Source: an uncultured Bacilli bacterium
Lineage (GTDB): Bacteria > Bacillota_I > Bacilli_A > RF39 > UBA660
Direction of reading: 5' to 3'
DNA length: 6,001 nt
Assembly: GCA_947628365.1 (NCBI GenBank)
Contig: CANQZN010000066.1
Location: 1-6,001, forward strand
Positions 1 through 4,916 of this stretch are shown here, one piece after another. The stretch's first letter is position 1. Each line of letters starts with the position of its first letter. The translations under genes were made by a program, and so were the position numbers. The notes beneath the pieces were generated by a model. The model worked only from the letters and a program-made list of their open reading frames with translations, did not search any database and was not told the origin of the DNA.

Positions 1-104
1 TTTGCACTATAAGCCTCACGGCTTATTTTTCCTGTTTCATAGGATTTTACTCCTCCACAGGCCATATTTCCGACAGTCGCTGCCGTACTTATTTTTTTTA
101 TTAT
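1..104 (-). pseudogene. TnpB C-terminal-like fragment / omega-RNA-like region (partial, continues left of window)
   Basis: The frame is open from 104 to the window edge after a TAA at 107-105. The only ATG (65-63) has no good SD. The peptide ..TAATVGNMACGGVKSYETGKISREAYSA.. resembles TnpB tails, and there is a stable hairpin at 9-26. Confidence 0.35.
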
Positions 105-114
105 TTATTTAATT

Positions 115-201
115 TTAATAATTTTCTTTATAGTAACTTATTATTTCTACTTGTTTTACATTTGGATACATTCTAAATTTGTATGCGTGATTAACTAACA
201 T
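115..201 (-). pseudogene. TnpB N-terminal fragment (28 codons then TAA)
   Basis: ATG 201-199 with a strong SD. Translation is MLVNHAYKFRMYPNVKQVEIISYYKENY, with stop TAA at 117-115. This is far too short for a functional TnpB (normally about 350-450 aa). Confidence 0.5.
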
Positions 202-226
202 AACCATTACCTCCCTAGACAATATA

Positions 227-256
227 ATTATACCATACGAACAAATGTATTTACAA
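227..256 (-). promoter_or_regulatory. Sigma-70/SigA-type promoter driving the TnpB remnant
   Basis: Minus strand reads TTGTAA (256-251), an 18-nt spacer, then TGgTATAAT. The TATAAT is at 232-227 and the TGG at 235-233, giving a perfect -10 with an extended TG. Confidence 0.45.
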
Positions 257-338
257 GTGCTTTTTTACCTTTTTGAACTTTCCTATAAGATAAAAAAATG
301 CCAATCTATTATATACAATTTAGAAACAAAAAAATACT

Positions 339-384
339 TTATCCCTTTTTGTTAATAACTTGGTAGTTTTTAACAAATGGCATT
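339..384 (-). pseudogene. Orphan 3'-end fragment of a hypoxanthine-DNA glycosylase gene (direct-repeat partner of 3566-3620)
   Basis: 339-376 matches 3566-3603 at 35 of 38 nt. After a 9-nt in-frame gap, 377-384 matches 3613-3620 at 7 of 8 nt. The fragment translates as ..IIMPFVKNYQVINKKG*, versus ..CAIPFAKIVENYQVINKKK* at the intact gene end. The stop codon is at the equivalent position. Confidence 0.75.
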
Positions 385-412
385 ATAATGTATTATTCTA
401 CATTAAAAAAAA

Positions 413-1645
413 TTATTTTCGTTCTAAAATTAATTGTTTGGTTTTTTCAGGAGCTGGAATATCTTTTGTATTAATAAATATATAGTTAATCTTTTTCTGA
501 AAAAAATTGGGATCATAATGCTCAGGTGTTAAATCATTAAATATTATCCATAATACACACGGACAATTATCTGGATATATGCATTCACCATCTGTAAGAA
601 TAATTTTATTATCAGCATTATTAGAAAAGCACTCCACCATTTTTACAAAATCAGTACAACCTCTACCTACAATTTGTAAATTATCAATATCTTTTTCGGT
701 TTTTATTTCATTCCACCCATAAAATTCTATATCAAAAAATCCGACTTTCATATGACTGGCAGTCAAAATATTTTTGCACTCTCTTAAAATTGCTTTTATT
801 TTTGGCATTTGCATAGAAAAACTACTATCAATAATTATTTCACTTTCACTGTCTGACTCAGTAGGTTTTTCTTCTTTTTTTATTATTCCATCCATTTCAA
901 CTTCATAAAATGAGGTTGTTGACTCATCTGGTGAATAAATACTCTTATTTAATAAATTTTTCCAATCAAGAATTGCCTTTGATTTGCCAACATTTACACT
1001 AGGAAATTCTATACCTAAAGAAGTTTTAATTGCATTAGCATCATATTTAAGTTGTTCTTGATAATTATCCAATATTTTACTTCTTATTTTACTATTTTCA
1101 TTCATTAATTCTTCTAAATCCGTAGAATTTATTTTACTATTTTCATCCATTAGTTCTTCTAAATCTTTAGAATATATTTTATTTATCCATGTTTCTATTT
1201 CACTTATTCCCATATGATAAGTATTGCTATTCATCCATTCTTTAATTTGTTGTAAATACGGCAAATATTTCATATATAATTCCTCTACAGAATAATCTAA
1301 CGCATCTGGAATATATATTACGCCAGAAGGCATAGTTAAGCCATCTCTAACTAATAATTGATTAATAATTGCATCTTCTACAAAGTTTAATAAATCTTTA
1401 TCTTTTCCAATATTTCTTGAAAGATGATTTAACACTATATGAAATATCTCATGTGCTATTATAAACTCTTGTTCTGCATCAGTAAAATAATCTATAAAAT
1501 CTTGCTTATAGAAAATACATTCTCCGTTTGTATATGCGGGAGCAGGTACTAAATCACTACAAAGGCAAAATTGTAAATTAACAATTATATTACCAAATAA
1601 AGGATATCTTATCAAAAGTTTTTTTATAATATTATTTATTTCCAT
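413..1645 (-). CDS. HExxH metallopeptidase (DUF2201_N-like) fused to a vWA/MIDAS domain (DUF2201-like); partner of the upstream AAA+ ATPase
   Basis: 410-aa ORF. The ATG at 1645 overlaps the upstream gene's stop by 14 nt (ATGGAAATAAATAA), with AAAGG about 10 nt upstream. Zincin motif HEIFHIVLNH (H65 E66 H69 H74) is at nt 1424-1453. A Glu/Lys/Asn-rich linker carries a 15-aa tandem duplication. The C-terminal domain has MIDAS DSSFS (D273xSxS, nt 815-829), GRGCTDF and ILTDG, as I recall for the DUF2201 VWA-like domain. Confidence 0.8.
   Translation of the reverse strand: MEINNIIKKLLIRYPLFGNIIVNLQFCLCSDLVPAPAYTNGECIFYKQDFIDYFTDAEQEFIIAHEIFHIVLNHLSRNIGKDKDLLNFVEDAIINQLLVRDGLTMPSGVIYIPDALDYSVEELYMKYLPYLQQIKEWMNSNTYHMGISEIETWINKIYSKDLEELMDENSKINSTDLEELMNENSKIRSKILDNYQEQLKYDANAIKTSLGIEFPSVNVGKSKAILDWKNLLNKSIYSPDESTTSFYEVEMDGIIKKEEKPTESDSESEIIIDSSFSMQMPKIKAILRECKNILTASHMKVGFFDIEFYGWNEIKTEKDIDNLQIVGRGCTDFVKMVECFSNNADNKIILTDGECIYPDNCPCVLWIIFNDLTPEHYDPNFFQKKINYIFINTKDIPAPEKTKQLILERK
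1084..1175 (-). repeat. In-frame 45-bp tandem duplication (2 copies plus the start of a third) inside the peptidase-vWA linker
   Basis: 1086-1130 versus 1131-1175 is 40 of 45 nt identical. The units encode KDLEELMDENSKINS / TDLEELMNENSKIRS. Confidence 0.9.
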
Positions 1646-3473
1646 TTGGCACTAACCTTTTAACTAACGGACTATCATCGTTATTATATATTTTCATTAT
1701 TCTTTGTTCATTACCTTTAGACCATTCATAATCAAAAACTGCCAAAAATTCTTTTCCTAATCCACTAACAAACTCTCTAACCACATCAACATTATCATCA
1801 TCCACTGTACTCAAACATAAAGTCGTGTACCATCTAATAGATGGATTAAAAGGAATATTATCAGATGTACATTTACCACTTAAAACATCTTCAACAGTAA
1901 CTAAATTCATTTGTGAAAATTTTATAAAGTCTTTTGTTATTTCCTCCCCAACAAAAGCACGAAGAACATTTGGATTATTGCATTGATATAATGCTCGAGA
2001 AGCTAATGCCCATTTTCTAGGATCGGCATTTGGAGTTTCACCATTATAAGGAGTTCTTAAAACTTTATCTCCATTAACTCTAATATAATCTACAATAGCT
2101 GGATAAATTGTATCCCTTTCCTCAATTTTTTTATAAGTTAAAGTTCTTCCTTCTTTTTTTCTATTTGAAGCCCATTTTATCCATTCTTCAGAGTCGGTAT
2201 CAATATAAACATGAGCAAATCTTCCAAATAATGGTGCACTCATAGCATTTGCAGATCTTGACTCACTCGCTTCATTTCCTGCCGCACAAACTACAGCATT
2301 TTCAGGCAAATGTAATCTAAAACCACTATTAGTTAAAGTTTTATTAAGTGTTACTTCAAATGCTACTTTTTGAATATCATTTTTTGCATTTGTTAATTCT
2401 TCTAAAAATAGAATATGTAATAACTCTGGATGCTCTTCACATTTTTTGCACAAACTTTTATACCAATATGGCTCGTATAGGAAAAGTTCTTTAGAATTAA
2501 AATCTTTTGCAACAATACCTGTAAACCCATCTGAACTAGTACATCCAAAATCAACTAATTCTAAATTTTTATCTAATGCTATCATTCTTTCGGTTTTTCC
2601 AGCACCTGTCTTGCCATGCAGAAATACTGCTATATTACTATTAATACAAATCTCAACAATTTCTTCTTCAGTTAAATCAGAAAAATCAAATCCATATCTA
2701 TTATAATTTACTATTTCTTCTTGAAACTCAACTGAAGGTACCTTATGCTCCAACTCATCATTAATACTTTTTAAAAAATTCCCATTTAAATATCTATTTA
2801 AATCACTATTTTCAAATTCTCTTCCTTGACTATCAAAGTCTGATACCATCAAAACCATAGAAGAGTAAATTAATTGAGCATCTTCATCGACTTGAAAAGG
2901 AATTTTATCAATTTTCATATAAACAATTTTATCTTTTTCAGTTAATGTACCATCTATTAAAACACATTGTGAAGTTTTTTGACTCTTTTTAATAAATCTA
3001 ATACCAAACACTTCATATTCATCATATAAAGTATTATTTATATCATGAACTCTTCCTGTTTTTAAAATCAATTTACTTTTAGTTTTAAATAGTTCGTCAA
3101 TTGTTTTTCCAAACATACCACCAATTGCAAATAAAGGGTATTCACATACTAAATTATCTATTTCATTTAATTTAAAATCTTCAATATCATTAAAATGTAT
3201 CGCTATTCTTACGCCAACTGGGCTTTTACCAGAATATGATGAAGATAAATTACCATTTTTATCAACATACTTCATAGCATTCTTCTTTTTATCACTTGAT
3301 GGTTTCCCATTGTACCAGTAAGCGCCAAAACCATTTGATGGATTATATTCAATTCCCATAACCCTAGCTAAATCAGAGCAATAGCACTCAAGTCCAATTT
3401 GTTTAAGAGTAGGAATCATATCAAGATTTTTTATATGATTTTCTTTTAATATACCGACTTTTTTTATCTTCAT
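1632..3473 (-). CDS. AAA_5-type (MoxR/McrB-clade) P-loop ATPase with a ~285-aa non-ATPase N-terminal module (DUF6273-like?) and a helical C-terminal region
   Basis: The ORF track opens at a TTG (3491), but the ATG at 3473 has GGGGGA (3485-3480) 6 nt upstream, so I call 613 aa. Walker A GKTGAGKT is at nt 2592-2615. A Walker B-like ILFLEE is at nt 2397-2414. VVCAAGNEASESRS is a sensor-1 region resembling both MoxR ..TQNP.. and McrB ..MNTADRS. LFGRF sits where MoxR has LDRF. The N-terminal part has no NTPase motifs and contains GFGAYWY and ENSDLNRYLNGNFLKSI. Confidence 0.8.
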   Translation of the reverse strand: MKIKKVGILKENHIKNLDMIPTLKQIGLECYCSDLARVMGIEYNPSNGFGAYWYNGKPSSDKKKNAMKYVDKNGNLSSSYSGKSPVGVRIAIHFNDIEDFKLNEIDNLVCEYPLFAIGGMFGKTIDELFKTKSKLILKTGRVHDINNTLYDEYEVFGIRFIKKSQKTSQCVLIDGTLTEKDKIVYMKIDKIPFQVDEDAQLIYSSMVLMVSDFDSQGREFENSDLNRYLNGNFLKSINDELEHKVPSVEFQEEIVNYNRYGFDFSDLTEEEIVEICINSNIAVFLHGKTGAGKTERMIALDKNLELVDFGCTSSDGFTGIVAKDFNSKELFLYEPYWYKSLCKKCEEHPELLHILFLEELTNAKNDIQKVAFEVTLNKTLTNSGFRLHLPENAVVCAAGNEASESRSANAMSAPLFGRFAHVYIDTDSEEWIKWASNRKKEGRTLTYKKIEERDTIYPAIVDYIRVNGDKVLRTPYNGETPNADPRKWALASRALYQCNNPNVLRAFVGEEITKDFIKFSQMNLVTVEDVLSGKCTSDNIPFNPSIRWYTTLCLSTVDDDNVDVVREFVSGLGKEFLAVFDYEWSKGNEQRIMKIYNNDDSPLVKRLVPNGNK

Positions 3474-3497
3474 TATAAGTCCCCCTAACAAAATATT

Positions 3498-3526
3498 AAT
3501 ATACCATAAATAGTCTTTTTTTACAA
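3498..3526 (-). promoter_or_regulatory. Sigma-70/SigA-type promoter of the ATPase/vWA cassette
   Basis: Minus strand reads TTGTAA (3526-3521), a 17-nt spacer, then TGgTATATT. The TATATT is at 3503-3498 and the TGG at 3506-3504. It lies about 25 nt upstream of the ATG at 3473. Confidence 0.5.
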
Positions 3527-3565
3527 TTACAAACTATATTCTAAAAACTCTCAACTTTAGATATT

Positions 3566-4054
3566 TTATTTCTTTTTGTTAATAACTTGGTAGTTTTCAA
3601 CAATTTTAGCAAATGGTATTGCACAATTAGCGGGTGATGGTGAGTATAAACAAGTTGCCTCTATATGTGTTTTTGGTAAAATATACTTATTATATAATTC
3701 ATGAGCTTTCTTACCAGTTGTAAATATATATTTTATATTAGTTTCTTTTATTAATTTATTTATATTATTAGGTATCACTTTAGTTATAGATGAATCGCTA
3801 GATCCTTTAATATTACACGATTTAATAACATCCCATAAAGCAATATGATTATTTTTTAAAAATTCTTTTTTAGAAGAAATATCATCACCAATTGTAGTAT
3901 TAAAAACACTTTCTAATATTTTCCAAAATCTATTTTGTTTATGCATATAATAGAAACCTAATTCTCGTGATTTTACCGAAGGAAAAGAACCAAGTATTAA
4001 GATTTCACTATCTTGTTCATAAAATGGTGGAAAAGAATGATTAACTCTTGCCAT
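3566..4054 (-). CDS. UDG-superfamily family-6 glycosylase (hypoxanthine-DNA / DNA-deoxyinosine glycosylase)
   Basis: 162-aa ORF. The N-terminal HSFPPFYEQDSEILILGSFPSVKSRELGFYYMHKQNRFWKIL matches the pattern I recall for bacterial deoxyinosine glycosylases (..iLiLGsFPS..S....YY.h..NrFW..l). The start is 2 nt after the HAD gene stop, indicating translational coupling. Confidence 0.75.
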   Translation of the reverse strand: MARVNHSFPPFYEQDSEILILGSFPSVKSRELGFYYMHKQNRFWKILESVFNTTIGDDISSKKEFLKNNHIALWDVIKSCNIKGSSDSSITKVIPNNINKLIKETNIKYIFTTGKKAHELYNKYILPKTHIEATCLYSPSPANCAIPFAKIVENYQVINKKK

Positions 4055-4056
4055 AA

Positions 4057-4590
4057 CTATTTTTCTCTTTTTAATTCATAATCTTTATCTAATGTTTTAT
4101 TAAATATCTGTTTAGCATGTTCATAATCAGGAATAGAAATACCTACATAATAATTAATCTTAACAAAATGATCTTGTTGATTAGGTAACATCCTTTCTTC
4201 ATCATCTAATATAACATAATTTTCTACCTCAAGGTGATTATCTAAATATTCTTGAATTTCTTCTCCTCTTGTTAATCTAAAATCATCATGAGGTGTTACA
4301 TCAATTACTTCAATACTTTCTAATAAACCCGAATTAACGAGTAATTCTTTTAAATATGGAATACCTAGAACTTTCCAAGTAGATGAAATAACAATTTTTG
4401 CATTGCATTCCATACATAATTTATTAAGTAACATTATTGCTTGACGATTATATAATTTTTTGTCTGTTGGAAAAGCAAGTCCATAATAAAATCCATCTTT
4501 CTTTGTTTTGCCATGAATTAAATCAAATGGCTCTGTATCTAAAAGAGGCGTATTAACAACACCATCAATATCTAAAAAAACTATATTCAT
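4057..4590 (-). CDS. Small stand-alone HAD-superfamily phosphatase (HAD_SAK_2-like)
   Basis: 177-aa ORF with AGGAGA 10 nt upstream of the ATG. HAD motif I is FLDIDGVVN (DxD). Motif II is VISSTWK. The acidic motif is YVILDDEE. RGEEIQEYL and overall size match the small 'HAD domain-containing protein' family as I remember it. Confidence 0.7.
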   Translation of the reverse strand: MNIVFLDIDGVVNTPLLDTEPFDLIHGKTKKDGFYYGLAFPTDKKLYNRQAIMLLNKLCMECNAKIVISSTWKVLGIPYLKELLVNSGLLESIEVIDVTPHDDFRLTRGEEIQEYLDNHLEVENYVILDDEERMLPNQQDHFVKINYYVGISIPDYEHAKQIFNKTLDKDYELKREK

Positions 4591-4622
4591 ATTTTCACTA
4601 TCTCCTAATTAAGTTAGCCTTT

Positions 4623-4631
4623 ATTATAACA
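4623..4631 (-). promoter_or_regulatory. Possible proximal extended -10 promoter for the HAD/glycosylase operon
   Basis: Minus strand reads TGtTATAAT (TATAAT 4628-4623, TGT 4631-4629). It lies just downstream of the 4651-4688 terminator and about 30 nt before the HAD ATG. There is no good -35. Such hexamers arise by chance in A+T-rich DNA. Confidence 0.3.
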
Positions 4632-4650
4632 CAAATTAAAAATAAGAAAT

Positions 4651-4688
4651 AAAAAAATTAAGCCCATAGTATATAATACTACGAGCTT
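4651..4688 (-). terminator. Intrinsic terminator between rpsI and the HAD gene
   Basis: Minus strand reads AAGCUCGUAGUAU-UAU-AUACUAUGGGCUU. This is a 13-bp stem (11 Watson-Crick plus 2 G-U pairs) with a 3-nt loop, followed by AAUUUUUUU. Confidence 0.7.
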
Positions 4689-4805
4689 AGAATAATTCAG
4701 CAGTCTCCCAGTCTCTACATGTATTCTTTCGGTATAACCTACTCTAACCTTATATAATAAGGCGTCAGTGCAAGAAGAAATATTTACACCCTTAAATTAT
4801 TTCAT
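4689..4805 (-). ncRNA. Candidate structured RNA (riboswitch-like leader of the HAD/glycosylase operon, or an independent sRNA); class not recognised
   Basis: It is bounded by a candidate promoter (4812-4840) and the terminator (4651-4688). It contains the hairpin CCUUAU-UAU-AUAAGG. It also has a long-range helix, GGUUAGAGUAG (4749-4739) with UUAUUCUAAGC (4695-4685), in which 10 of 11 positions pair. The 3' strand of that helix shares AAGC with the terminator 5' arm. Confidence 0.4.
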
Positions 4806-4811
4806 GTAATA

Positions 4812-4840
4812 TTCATACCATTAATTTTATAAAAAATCAA
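4812..4840 (-). promoter_or_regulatory. Candidate promoter downstream of the rpsI terminator
   Basis: Minus strand reads TTGATT (4840-4835), a 17-nt spacer, then TGgTATGAA (TATGAA 4817-4812). The -10 is imperfect. Confidence 0.35.
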
Positions 4841-4885
4841 TCGTTTTTTTATTTGCATCTATTTAAATTAACAAATATTTTTAAC

Positions 4886-4916
4886 AAAAAACCTCATAAA
4901 CAATATGTTTACGAGG
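4886..4916 (-). terminator. Intrinsic terminator of the rplM-rpsI operon
   Basis: Minus strand reads CCUCGUAAACA-UAU-UGUUUAUGAGG, an 11-bp stem including one G-U pair, followed by UUUUUU. It lies 19 nt after the rpsI stop. Confidence 0.8.

Larger units (their letters stand above)
1..256 (-). mobile_element. Decayed miniature IS200/IS605-family (TnpB-only, IS1341-type) element: promoter, RBS, 28-codon TnpB N-terminal stub, internal deletion, then a TnpB C-terminal / omega-RNA-like tail running past the left window edge
   Basis: On the minus strand, GGGAGGT (209-215) lies 7 nt before the ATG at 201, which opens MLVNHAYKFRMYPNVKQVEIISYYKENY*. The AYKFR(I/M)YPN..Q opening is the stereotyped TnpB/OrfB N-terminus as I recall it. 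A second frame (104 to 1) reads IIKKISTAATVGNMACGGVKSYETGKISREAYSA.., resembling the TVG..ACG(E/G)....EA tail of TnpB proteins that overlaps the omega-RNA scaffold. A perfect 7-bp hairpin, ATAAGCC-TCAC-GGCTTAT, sits at 9-26. Recognition is from memory only. Confidence 0.5.

Noticed and set aside
245-355. 36-aa plus-strand ORF (MYLQVLFYLFELSYKIKKCQSIIYNLETKKYFIPFC) in the intergenic region
   Set aside because: It has no SD upstream and a low-complexity hydrophobic sequence. It overlaps the glycosylase 3' remnant and the promoter on the other strand. It has no support beyond being open.
381-390. 10-bp perfect palindrome CATTATAATG at the inner edge of the left repeat
   Set aside because: Pure A/T-rich short palindromes are expected by chance in DNA this A+T-rich, and there is no second copy at the other cassette boundary.
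405-412. T8 run right after the vWA gene stop as an intrinsic terminator
   Set aside because: No stable GC-containing hairpin precedes it; only weak A/T palindromes do. A poly-T run alone is common in this composition.
2446-2706. 86-aa plus-strand ORF in the provided track
   Set aside because: It lies entirely antisense to the P-loop region of the ATPase gene. It starts at TTG with no in-frame ATG near the start and no SD. The peptide is low-complexity with no motif. It is most likely a chance open frame.
3474-3491. TTG start (MLGGLI...) for the ATPase as given by the ORF track
   Set aside because: The extra six codons are themselves the ribosome-binding site: GGGGGA is 6 nt before the ATG at 3473. 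The -10 of the cassette promoter is only about 7 nt upstream of 3491, which would leave no room for a 5' UTR.
385-3565. Calling the repeat-bracketed segment a prophage, ICE or integrative island
   Set aside because: No integrase, recombinase, transposase or phage structural gene lies between the repeats. Only the two cassette genes and their promoter are present, so only 'inserted cassette' is supportable.
4689-4805. Assignment of the structured RNA to a known riboswitch or leader class (purine, THF, yybP-ykoY, glycine, ZTP, T-box, preQ1, SRP/6S)
   Set aside because: Short resemblances exist, such as GAGUAG and UAUAUAAGG. The remaining conserved cores I remember for these classes are absent, including the T-box UGGNACCGCG, the purine junction residues and the ZTP CCGCCUGGGC. 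I leave it unclassified.
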